The position numbers and the translations under genes were made by a program. Shown here in pieces: positions 27,911 through 36,366 of a DNA stretch of 64,000 nt. Each line of letters begins with the position of its first letter. The first letter of the stretch is position 1. The notes below the pieces were generated by a model. The model worked only from the letters and a program-made list of their open reading frames with translations, was not told the origin of the DNA and ran no database searches. The stretch is taken from contig OY970059.1 in assembly GCA_963705235.1 (NCBI GenBank), positions 1,589,209 to 1,653,208 on the forward strand, read 5' to 3'. Origin of the DNA: an uncultured Solirubrobacteraceae bacterium (GTDB lineage: Bacteria > Actinomycetota > Thermoleophilia > Solirubrobacterales > Solirubrobacteraceae).

Positions 27911-27923
27911 CCTCGGCCACATC
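27893..27923. terminator. Perfect 15-bp inverted repeat with 1-nt spacer at the MFS stop, between convergent genes
   Basis: GATGTGGCCGAGGTC-T-GACCTCGGCCACATC. Confidence 0.6.
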
Positions 27924-27945
27924 AGTCTTCGAGCGAAGAGCAATA

Positions 27946-28845
27946 TTACGGTGTGGGTGTTATTTCGTCCTTGATGGTCGTGCCTTCCTCTGACAGCTCG
28001 AGTTCACCATTGTAACTACCATTGGTACTCGTACCCGCACAGGCTCCACCGCTGCCTTCGGCGTTGATGCCTTTCACACTCATAAACGCCGTAGTTGCCG
28101 TTTCTTTCACTGAATCCTCTGCATATATTACGGGTTCGAGGTTTTTGTTGTTGCCTCCTGTTACAAGTTTGACGCTACAGTTCGCTGTCGGAAATGTGAT
28201 GACTACTGGTTTCCCAGTAATACCTAGGGCATCTCCCGCCCATAGATCGTATTCCGCATTGGAGATGGTCACCGATTCTTTCGATGATGCTTCACACCCA
28301 CTGTATTTGAGGGTGATCACCTTGACCGTTTTTGCACTCGATGCCGGACCGCCGCCAGTCGCCGTCGAGCAGGTGATCTTTTTTTCTTTGATATTGAATT
28401 CCGGTTTAGATGCACTGGCGGCTTTCACCACGCTGATGCCCGACCAGCCTGGTTCCGCATACACCAGGGTATACCGATTCAGCCCTTCGAACCCTTCGAC
28501 AGGATTTGTGCAGGTGTAGTTGGAGAACCAGCCGGTACCTTGAGCTTCTGCTTGTGTGCATACTTCTTTATTGGTGCCTGAGCGTAATGTCCACACAGAT
28601 TGCCACCAATACTGCCAGGTTTCCGCTAAGACAAATGCTCTTGTGCCGCCTGACGTTTTGCAGTTGCTATCTTCCCAGTCCCCATATAGTCTTTTGTCCG
28701 TTGTCGCGCCTGTATTTTTAACAGTCGGTACAACCTTGAAGCATTTCGTGGCAGATGCCGGAGTCGCTCCGATTGCCGACCACGCTGGAAGAAGAAGAAG
28801 AATTAGCAGCCCCAGTGTCGTCGTAGTCCGTCTCATTTGACTCAC
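27946..28845 (-). CDS. Low-GC secreted Cys-containing beta-rich hypothetical protein
   Basis: Signal peptide (LGLLILLLLPAWSA), many Thr/Ser/Gly/Cys, A/T-ending codons; one sampled 60-bp line is 43% GC. Confidence 0.8.
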   Translation of the reverse strand: MSQMRRTTTTLGLLILLLLPAWSAIGATPASATKCFKVVPTVKNTGATTDKRLYGDWEDSNCKTSGGTRAFVLAETWQYWWQSVWTLRSGTNKEVCTQAEAQGTGWFSNYTCTNPVEGFEGLNRYTLVYAEPGWSGISVVKAASASKPEFNIKEKKITCSTATGGGPASSAKTVKVITLKYSGCEASSKESVTISNAEYDLWAGDALGITGKPVVITFPTANCSVKLVTGGNNKNLEPVIYAEDSVKETATTAFMSVKGINAEGSGGACAGTSTNGSYNGELELSEEGTTIKDEITPTP

Positions 28846-28879
28846 CGTCTCCTCAGGTCACAGGATTACCAGTTACGCG

Positions 28880-28908
28880 ACCTTAGGATGCCTAGCCTGG
28901 ACGGTCAA
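28880..28908 (-). promoter_or_regulatory. Sigma70-type promoter for the low-GC gene
   Basis: Minus strand TTGACC-N17-TAAGGT about 35 bp upstream of start. Confidence 0.6.
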
Positions 28909-29017
28909 GGTGACAGAAACAGTGCCACGTTTCCATGTGTGTTACGCACGTCTGGGAATCCGGGCTTCGACGACAGTGGATTCACGAGAGCGCCCGCCGT
29001 CGGGCGATGGCGTCCTG

Positions 29018-29899
29018 TCAGCGGCGTGAGACGTCTTCCAGGTAGTTCTGGACCCAACTCTCCGATAGGTCGTCCGACTGGCGGCTCATCGGCTGCGCGA
29101 CCGGCGCCGAGGCGGCGGGGCGCTTGAGTGCGAGTGCACCGAGGACGCGATCGACGGTCGCGTCGAGGTCGCCGGCGACTTCCTCGTAGAGCACCGGCAG
29201 CGGCTGTCGACCGATGCGGAAGAAGAACCCCCGCCATGCGTCCTCGTGGCGGCGGAGCTGGTCGAGAAGGTGATCGATTGCGTCAAAGGAGTAGACAGCA
29301 CGCCTGTCTGGCAGCGGCTCATCGGCGGAATGGCCTTCGGCCTTGCGCCAGACCCAGGTCTGCAGCGCACGCCACAGTGAGACTGCCTGGCGCACCTTGT
29401 CGCTGCGTGAGACGAACACATAGTCGAGGTTGGGGAAGGCGGCGGTGAGGAGGGATCCGTCACCCATACCCCCGAAGCGTGGTATGCCGCGGGTCAACTC
29501 GAGAAAGTCGTCGAAGTAGCCCCACATCATCTTCGCTCCGAAGACGCCGTTGGCGGTGGTGCCCTCGTGGATCGCGGCGTCGAGATGGCGAGCGTAGTCG
29601 TCCCTGCTCCACGTCGCCACCCGTTCGGAGTCGCGGTCGAGCTGCGCATCGTGCGGAAGCAGGCGCAGTACTTCTGGGCTGCGCAGGCCCCAGAAGTACT
29701 CGCGTGGGCGTCGTGGTACGCCGGTCTCCTTGAGCGCCTCGAAGTACTCGCGTGGACGCCCCGCGACGCCGGTCAGCTCGAGGCTTTCACACAGCAGCGT
29801 GCTGCCGCTGCGCGGCGTTGCACAGACGAGATATGAGCGCTGCGGCTCGACTGCCTCCGATCGGGCGGCGGGGGCGGTGGGCAGGTCGTGTGGGCTCAT
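29018..29899 (-). CDS. Stf0-family sulfotransferase
   Basis: YLVCATPRSGSTLLCESL..TGVAGRPREYF, FGAKMMW, RSDKVRQAVSLWRALQT, YEE. Confidence 0.88.
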   Translation of the reverse strand: MSPHDLPTAPAARSEAVEPQRSYLVCATPRSGSTLLCESLELTGVAGRPREYFEALKETGVPRRPREYFWGLRSPEVLRLLPHDAQLDRDSERVATWSRDDYARHLDAAIHEGTTANGVFGAKMMWGYFDDFLELTRGIPRFGGMGDGSLLTAAFPNLDYVFVSRSDKVRQAVSLWRALQTWVWRKAEGHSADEPLPDRRAVYSFDAIDHLLDQLRRHEDAWRGFFFRIGRQPLPVLYEEVAGDLDATVDRVLGALALKRPAASAPVAQPMSRQSDDLSESWVQNYLEDVSRR

Positions 29900-31194
29900 G
29901 CGATCACGATCGTCGGTTCGCTCGCCGAGATCTGATCGGGATCGTTCACTTCGGCTCCCGGCGGCGGCGCCGGGTCGCCGTGGAGCAGCGGGTCGCTCGT
30001 TTCGAGCATCCACCGATGCAGGCGATCGGAGAGTTCGCGCCGGACGCTCTCGCAGCTGGGGTCGTCGGCGAGGTTGGCTGCCTCATTCGGGTCGAAGGCG
30101 AGGTCGTAGAGTTGCTCGAACGGAATCGAGCGCTCGCCCCAGCCGAGCTCGATCAGCAGCGTCTTGCTCGGCGAGTCATCGCAATTGGCGAGTACGGGCG
30201 TGGTGCGCTGGCCGAAGCGGCGGATGTACTTCCAGCGTTGGGTGCGGATTGCGCGTTGCGGCTCATACGCGGCGTGCCAGGTCATCTCGGCAAAGAGCTC
30301 CTCGCGCACCTCGTTGGTTTCGCCACGAATCAGTGGCAGCAGCGAGGTTCCCTGCAGGAAGTCTGGGCGCTCGATCCCCGCCAGCTCGCACAGGGTAGGG
30401 TAAACGTCGATGTGCGAGACCAGCGCGTCGCTCACCTTGCCCCCGGCAAAGCCGTCGGGGCCGCGGAGTATCAGCATGACGCCGAGACCTCTGTCGTACA
30501 GCGTCGCCTTGGAGCCCGGGAACGCGAGCCCGTGATCGGTCGTGAAGACGATCAGCGTGTTGTCCGCGAGGCCGTTTGCGTCGAGCGCCTCGAGCACTGA
30601 GCCGACGCCTTGATCTAGCGAGCGTGCGCTCGCCTTGTAGGCAGCCATGTCGCGCCGCGTCTCCGCAGTGTCGGGCAGGTTTGGTGGCGGGCTCGAGTAG
30701 AGAGCGTCACGAAGCGACGGCGGAGCGAGGAAGTCGCGGTGAGTCTCAAAGAACCCGACCGACAGGAAGAACGGCTGGGGCGGCGGCTCGGCGAGAATCG
30801 CGCTCGCCACTGGTGCGACCGTCTCCACGCGGGTGGTCTCGATCTTCACCACCCGATCGAAGCCGATGATGTCGGGGCGCTTGGCGATGTGTTGCTCGCC
30901 GATCAGGACCGAGTGGTAGCCCGCCTCATGCAGGGGGTGGACCAGATGCTGGCTGTAGTCGTTCAACGACCAGCCACGATGCGCCAACCCGAGCATGCCG
31001 TTGTTGTGGCCGTACTGCCCGGTGAGCAAGCAGGCGCGCGACGCCGAGCAGGTCGGCGCCGCACAGAACGCCTTGCGGAACAGGACTCCCTGATCAGCCA
31101 AGCGCTGGATGTTCGGGGTCGGAACGGGGTGGCCGTAGGGCTGGACGAAGCGGCCGGTGTCGTGCGAGTGCAGGTAGAGGATGTTGGGTTGCAT
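29896..31194 (-). CDS. Cytoplasmic sulfatase (Cys-type, CSASR variant motif)
   Basis: PNILYLHSHD, CAAPTCSASRACLLTG, LIVFTTDHG, SKATLYDRG, EQLYDLAFDPNE; no signal peptide. Confidence 0.9.
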   Translation of the reverse strand: MQPNILYLHSHDTGRFVQPYGHPVPTPNIQRLADQGVLFRKAFCAAPTCSASRACLLTGQYGHNNGMLGLAHRGWSLNDYSQHLVHPLHEAGYHSVLIGEQHIAKRPDIIGFDRVVKIETTRVETVAPVASAILAEPPPQPFFLSVGFFETHRDFLAPPSLRDALYSSPPPNLPDTAETRRDMAAYKASARSLDQGVGSVLEALDANGLADNTLIVFTTDHGLAFPGSKATLYDRGLGVMLILRGPDGFAGGKVSDALVSHIDVYPTLCELAGIERPDFLQGTSLLPLIRGETNEVREELFAEMTWHAAYEPQRAIRTQRWKYIRRFGQRTTPVLANCDDSPSKTLLIELGWGERSIPFEQLYDLAFDPNEAANLADDPSCESVRRELSDRLHRWMLETSDPLLHGDPAPPPGAEVNDPDQISASEPTIVIA

Positions 31195-31325
31195 GAGCGT
31201 CGTCGGGCCTCGGTTGAGCGACAGCCTAAACGTTTGTTCAGTCGATGGGTCCGGAATCCTCGAAGATCGCGCAGAGCGACGCAGTGATGCACTGGGCCGG
31301 TGTGGCTCTGAGAACATGGGCCACC

Positions 31326-32696
31326 GTGGACGCGCCGCCAGCGACATCCGAGACGGGCCTGGCCTCACGGCGCCCGTGGACGCGGCGCACCGCCGCGATC
31401 GTCGCGCTCGCTGTGCCCGTCGCGATGGTCGTTGTGGGCGCAGTCTCGCTGGCGGGGGATGTCGCGATCGCCGTACTGGCAGCTGTGCTGATACTGGTGG
31501 CGAACGCCGCTGTCTGGCTCGCCCTGACGGAGCGCGGCTTGGCGCGTGCGCTTGGCGTAGTGTCCGCGGCTCTCGCGGGTGGGGGCCTGATTGTGGTTCT
31601 GGCAACTCACTGGCAGGGACTGATGGTGCTGGTCGTTCTGCTCCTGTTGCTCGCGTTGTTCGGGTTGGCCGCGCGCTACGCGCTGGAGCGAACGGGTGAG
31701 AGGGCGGCAGCTGAGGCGTTTGCCGCCGTCGTGTCGGCGAGTGACCCAGACACGGCGGCGCTGATCATCAACCTGAGATCGGGGGGTGGCAAGGCCGAAC
31801 ATTTTGACCTTGCCGAAGAGGCCCGGCGCCGAGGCGTCAAACCAATAGTCATGGGCCCCGGGGATGATCTGCTCGAGCTCGCCGAGAGCGCCGTCGCGCA
31901 CGGTGCGCAGATCATCGGGATGGCCGGCGGTGACGGGTCGCAGGCGCTCGTGGCGACCGTCGCCGCACGGTGCGACGTTCCCTACGTGTGCATCCCGGCG
32001 GGAACGCGAAACCATCTCGCGCTCGACCTCGGCCTGGACCGTGACGACGTCCTGGGTGCGCTGGACGCGTTCACCGACGGGATCGAGCGGCGCATTGACC
32101 TCGGGTGTGTGAACGACCGCGTGTTTGTCAACAACGCTTCGCTCGGCGTCTATGCGAAGGTCGTGCAATCCGAGTCCTATCGCGATGCCAAGCTCGAGAC
32201 TTGGACGCGCATGCTGCCGGATCTGCTCGGATCCAACGCCGAGCCGATCGACCTCGAGTTCACCGGGCCGGACGGGAATATCCACGACGACGCCCCGCTC
32301 GTGCTGGTGTCGAACAATCGCTATGCGCTCACGCACCTGTCGGGCGCCGGCACGCGCGAGCGGATCGACAGTGGCACGCTCGGCATTGTTGCCGCCCGGG
32401 TGCGCAGCACCGAGATCTCCAAGCTCGTTGCGCTCGAGCTGGTCGGTCGGGCAGAGCGCTACCCCGGCTTGTTGTCCTGGTCGGCGACGGAGCTCGAGGT
32501 CCGCTCTGGCGGCCCGGTGGAGGTGGGTCTCGACGGCGAGGCGGTTGTGCTCGACCCGCCGTTGCGCTTCGCGTCACTGCCCGGCGCACTGCGTGTGCGA
32601 CTGCCCCGCGGTGCAGGCTTGTCGCCGGCGGCCCGTGGGGTGGCATTGACGACCGGCAACCTGGGCACGCTTCTGCGAGTGGCGGCTGGCCGGTAA
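31326..32696 (+). CDS. Diacylglycerol-kinase-family lipid kinase with N-terminal TM helices (start uncertain)
   Basis: LIINLRSGGG, GMAGGDGS, IPAGTRNHLALDLG, FVNNASLG, GLDGEA. Confidence 0.85.
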   Translation: MDAPPATSETGLASRRPWTRRTAAIVALAVPVAMVVVGAVSLAGDVAIAVLAAVLILVANAAVWLALTERGLARALGVVSAALAGGGLIVVLATHWQGLMVLVVLLLLLALFGLAARYALERTGERAAAEAFAAVVSASDPDTAALIINLRSGGGKAEHFDLAEEARRRGVKPIVMGPGDDLLELAESAVAHGAQIIGMAGGDGSQALVATVAARCDVPYVCIPAGTRNHLALDLGLDRDDVLGALDAFTDGIERRIDLGCVNDRVFVNNASLGVYAKVVQSESYRDAKLETWTRMLPDLLGSNAEPIDLEFTGPDGNIHDDAPLVLVSNNRYALTHLSGAGTRERIDSGTLGIVAARVRSTEISKLVALELVGRAERYPGLLSWSATELEVRSGGPVEVGLDGEAVVLDPPLRFASLPGALRVRLPRGAGLSPAARGVALTTGNLGTLLRVAAGR

Positions 32697-32748
32697 GTCA
32701 CCCGCCCGCGCGGCTGGCGCTTAGCCTAACCATCTGTGTGCGCCGCCC

Positions 32749-32967
32749 TCACCATTTCAGCTCGATCTCCAGCTCGCGCTCGTCGCTCTCCACCTCGAGC
32801 TCGACCTTGAGCTGCAACTGATCGGGGACATGGACTGTGAAGTGCATCCCGCCGCGGTCGAACTCGATGTCGTTGTGTCGGGCTAGCATGTCCGCGAGGA
32901 GCCGCAGGCGCTCCGCGATCTCCTCTCTGCTGAGCGTTTCCTTCTGCTTGATCTCAAAGATGTCCAT
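32749..32967 (-). CDS. Amphi-Trp domain protein
   Basis: LSREEIAERLRLLADML, VELEVE..ELEIELKW with terminal Trp; GGAGG RBS. Confidence 0.85.
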   Translation of the reverse strand: MDIFEIKQKETLSREEIAERLRLLADMLARHNDIEFDRGGMHFTVHVPDQLQLKVELEVESDERELEIELKW

Positions 32968-33072
32968 GTAGCTCCTCCGTCTCGATTGGGTTCGCGAGAT
33001 CTTAAGGTCAGGTTGGCGAGCGTGTATCCAGGACCGGCCCCGTCCGAATTGGCTTGGCCGTATGATCGATGC

Positions 33073-33870
33073 GTGGCCGAGGGACATTTGCTGGCCAGCG
33101 CTACGGGCGCTCCCGATCCAGATCGTCTGGGTGGCCTCGGATGGGCTCGGCGCACCGGCGGGAAATTGACCGCGGGCGAGCGCAGGCGGCTGCTTGCGGC
33201 GATCGGGATCGGTCAATGGGAGAACCTCATGGGGCGCGCCAAGCTCGCGCTCGGCCGGCTACCTCGGGGCGCCTCGGCGGTCGATGTGACGACGTTTCAC
33301 CCACCTGATTCCGCGTTCGCGCGCGAGGCCGAGCAAGCGTGCAGCGAACAGCCGCCGGCGATCATCGGTCACTCCTACAGAACCTGGCTGTTCGGATGTG
33401 CGCTGGCAGCCCTCGACGGGGATGCGCTGGATCGAGAGCTGTTCTATTGCGGCGCGCTCGTTCACGACTTCGGCATCGCGCAGCCCACACTCGGGCGCGA
33501 TTTCACGTTGGCCAGCGCGGATCGCATGCTCGCTTGTGCAGCGAGCGTCGGCCTTGCCGAGGACCGCGCGGAAACGGTCGCCGACGCGATCTGTGTCCAT
33601 ACGACACCTGGTGTGTCACCCGAGCGGGACGGCTCGCTCGGCTGCTATCTGCAATGGGGTGCGATGGTCGACGGCGCCGGGCTTCGCATCTGGGACATCG
33701 CTCCCGGGAACGTCAGCGAGATTCTGCAGAAACATCCACGGATGGACTTCAAGCGTCAGCTGATCGAGCTGATGCGAGCTGAGGCAGCCGCGGTCCCCAA
33801 GGGGCGCTTCGGACTGCTGGTTCGCTGCGGCGTACCGCTGGCGGTGCGCATGGCTCCGTTTGAGGATTGA
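33073..33870 (+). CDS. HD-domain protein (start uncertain)
   Basis: GHSYRTWLFG, LVHDFG, ADAICVHT, DGAG. Confidence 0.8.
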   Translation: MAEGHLLASATGAPDPDRLGGLGWARRTGGKLTAGERRRLLAAIGIGQWENLMGRAKLALGRLPRGASAVDVTTFHPPDSAFAREAEQACSEQPPAIIGHSYRTWLFGCALAALDGDALDRELFYCGALVHDFGIAQPTLGRDFTLASADRMLACAASVGLAEDRAETVADAICVHTTPGVSPERDGSLGCYLQWGAMVDGAGLRIWDIAPGNVSEILQKHPRMDFKRQLIELMRAEAAAVPKGRFGLLVRCGVPLAVRMAPFED

Positions 33871-33921
33871 CGCTGCGAGAAGGTTGCCGATGCGATCGAG
33901 CGGCGCAACCGCGACGCAGGC

Positions 33922-34209
33922 TTACGCCTCCCCGATCACCTCGCAGACGTCGACGCTGAGAAACGTCGCAGGCGCGTCGGGCATCTCGCGGAGTCGATTG
34001 AACGTAGCCTCGGCGGCTCGCGCGTTCTCCTCCGTATCGAATAGCCAGAACGAATGCTGGATGATGTCGCCGTCGAGGGTTCGCGCCCAATAGCCGCCGC
34101 TCGCGCCGGCCATCCCCTGGAGCATCGCGACACCCCTCTCGCCGACCATCGCAAGCGCTTCGTCTGCGCGGTCGGGCTTGATCGTGACTCGTCCGATGAC
34201 TGCGTGCAT
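33922..34209 (-). CDS. Small dimeric alpha+beta barrel (ABM-like) hypothetical protein
   Basis: HAVIGRVTI, GGYWAR, SFWLFDTEENARAA pattern. Confidence 0.65.
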   Translation of the reverse strand: MHAVIGRVTIKPDRADEALAMVGERGVAMLQGMAGASGGYWARTLDGDIIQHSFWLFDTEENARAAEATFNRLREMPDAPATFLSVDVCEVIGEA

Positions 34210-34233
34210 TGATTCCCCCTCGCCGTGGTCCAC

Positions 34234-35634
34234 TTATCGACCACCCATTGTCTCAAGGTTCGCGATCGAACCGAATGGTGAAACAGCGTCGTGCGAGACG
34301 CACGCGAGCAACCCTCCGGCGGCAATCGCCCACAGCACGCCGCTGCCGGTGAGCTCCCACGGCCAGTCGAGTAGGTTGGCCAGCGGGAACGCTGCGACCG
34401 CGGGAATCAGCACCCAGGCGCCACTGGCACGCCGACGTGTGAACACGGCGCGGGCGACTGCTGCGTACCACGCAAGCACAGCGAGCAGGCCGGCGAGGCC
34501 GACCTCGACCCAGGATTCGAGCGCGAGGTCGTGAGCGTAGCGGGTGGGCACTGGTCGCTGCGTGAGCTGGTGCGAACGCGACGAGGTCAGGAACGTGCCC
34601 GCGCCGAAGCCCTGCAGCGGGCGCTCGCCGGCGGTGTCGATCGCGGCGCGCCATATGCCCAGGCGCCCGTGACTGAGTTCGCCACCGCAGCCGGTCGGTT
34701 CGGCAAGCACGCCGGCGGTCGCGGCCAGCAGTGCGGCGACGGCGACGATGGCGCTCCAGCGCCCGCGCGATCTGCGTGCGCGCGGGCGCTCAGCGAGGCT
34801 CGGGAGCAGCGCGGCGCCGGCCACGCCGAAGGTGATCGCTATTGCCACGTGCAGCGCATCCGCGCGGGCGAGGTCGCCGGCGAGCACGAGCGTGCTCGCG
34901 CTCGCTGCGGCGAGCACGCCCAGGCAAAACGGTGCCACCGCTCGCTCGCGCGGCGCCAGCACGGCAGTGGCGGCGATCGCGAGCGCGCCCAGCGCGATGC
35001 CGGTACGGTTGGCCGTCAGCGCGATCGTGGTCGCGAGCAGCCAGGCGGCGAGCACTCCGATGGCGGCGAACGCGCGGCGTCGATCGCCCGCGATCGCGAG
35101 CGCTGCGGGCAGCGCGCCGACGCACACGAGCGCGAGCGTCGGCGGATACTCGAACGGGCCGGCGGGCCGCCACGTGCCGCAGATCGGCAGCGCGTGCGGA
35201 GCAGTCGTGGCGATCGTGGCGAGCAGTCCGCTGACGGCGCAGCTGAGAGCTACCACGAGCAGCAGCCCGGCGTGTCCCCACGGTGCCGGCTGGGCGGCGG
35301 CGACCACGACGACCGTGGCAAGCGCGAGTACCACGGCTGCGTCTCGCAGCGCAGTGTTGGGCGCGCCGATCGTCCATGCGGCGCTGAGCGCGGTGACGGC
35401 GGCGAGCGCGGCCAAGGCCAGCACGATCGGCTCGCGACACGCCCGCGCAGTGGCCTCCGGCGCTGTCCACAGCGCGCACACCAGCGCCAGCCCGGCGAGC
35501 ACGACCACGGCGCTGCGGGAGTCGGCGCTGTAGCCGCCGCGCCAGCCGACGGCGAGGACGGCGAGGACCGCCAGCGCCAGCCAGCGCCAGGTGACATTCC
35601 GGCTCGCGCGCGTGTCGCCAGCCGCGCTGTGCAT
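34234..35634 (-). CDS. O-antigen ligase / Wzy_C-like membrane protein
   Basis: About 12 TM, GPFEYPPTLA, NRTG, GRLGIWRAA..PLQGFGAGTF, AHDLALESWVEVGLAG. Confidence 0.8.
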   Translation of the reverse strand: MHSAAGDTRASRNVTWRWLALAVLAVLAVGWRGGYSADSRSAVVVLAGLALVCALWTAPEATARACREPIVLALAALAAVTALSAAWTIGAPNTALRDAAVVLALATVVVVAAAQPAPWGHAGLLLVVALSCAVSGLLATIATTAPHALPICGTWRPAGPFEYPPTLALVCVGALPAALAIAGDRRRAFAAIGVLAAWLLATTIALTANRTGIALGALAIAATAVLAPRERAVAPFCLGVLAAASASTLVLAGDLARADALHVAIAITFGVAGAALLPSLAERPRARRSRGRWSAIVAVAALLAATAGVLAEPTGCGGELSHGRLGIWRAAIDTAGERPLQGFGAGTFLTSSRSHQLTQRPVPTRYAHDLALESWVEVGLAGLLAVLAWYAAVARAVFTRRRASGAWVLIPAVAAFPLANLLDWPWELTGSGVLWAIAAGGLLACVSHDAVSPFGSIANLETMGGR

Positions 35635-35646
35635 CACGTCTGGGCC

Positions 35647-35697
35647 CCGGTCGTCCGGGCTCCGGTCATCCGGGCTCCGGTCATCCGGACCCCGGTT
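35647..35697. repeat. 15-bp tandem repeat (about 3.4 copies) in the intergenic region
   Basis: CCGGTCGTCCGGGCT / CCGGTCATCCGGGCT / CCGGTCATCCGGACC / CCGGTT. Confidence 0.85.
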
Positions 35698-35707
35698 GCT
35701 TGGCCGA

Positions 35708-36202
35708 TCAGGCCTGGGCTTTGGTCAGGCAGGCGCTCTCCACGGCGCTGATCTGCGAGATCTTTTGGCTGTATTCAGGGTCTTCGGTGTTGAGCTTGGC
35801 GAATTCCGCGTTGAACGCTTCGCTGCACACTTTTTCAGCGGACCGCTGCTTGGCGATCTTCGCGCGTTCCTTGGCGTAAGCGGTCGCCGCTGCTTTCTTA
35901 CACGCCCTCTGCGCGGCGCCGTGCTTCTTGGCACAGCGGGCGAGCGCTGCGTGGCGCGTCGCCAGCGCACCGCATTCGCGCGCGTCGGCGGCTTTGCTGG
36001 GCCCGTAGTACTTGGTGCATTCGGTCTTGTTCTTCGGGTTGGTGGGCTTGGTCGGCGTGGCTGTGCCGTAAGCGTCGGCCTTGTTGCTCGCGGGGTTCGA
36101 TCCGGGAGCGCTGAGCGTCAGCAGAACCCCTCCGGCGACGAGCACTACCGCGACGGCCAACAGCAGCTTGCGCTGAGGACCCCTACGCTCGGTCGACACC
36201 AT
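35708..36202 (-). CDS. Secreted Lys/Ala-rich helical protein with six Cys
   Basis: N-terminal hydrophobic segment, CAKKHGAAQRACKKAA-type motif. Confidence 0.75.
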   Translation of the reverse strand: MVSTERRGPQRKLLLAVAVVLVAGGVLLTLSAPGSNPASNKADAYGTATPTKPTNPKNKTECTKYYGPSKAADARECGALATRHAALARCAKKHGAAQRACKKAAATAYAKERAKIAKQRSAEKVCSEAFNAEFAKLNTEDPEYSQKISQISAVESACLTKAQA

Positions 36203-36366
36203 CGTCTTCTCCAATCCCGCTCGAGGTGAGCAGCTGAATGCTCTGGACGGCTGCAGCGCCACACTAACGCCAGTGCGCCCGCACGGCAAGGGGCGGTGTC
36301 CGCGCCCGGCCGGATCGGTCCGCTGGTCGTGCCGCGGCCTCCTCGAGTAATAGGCTGACGCTAGCG

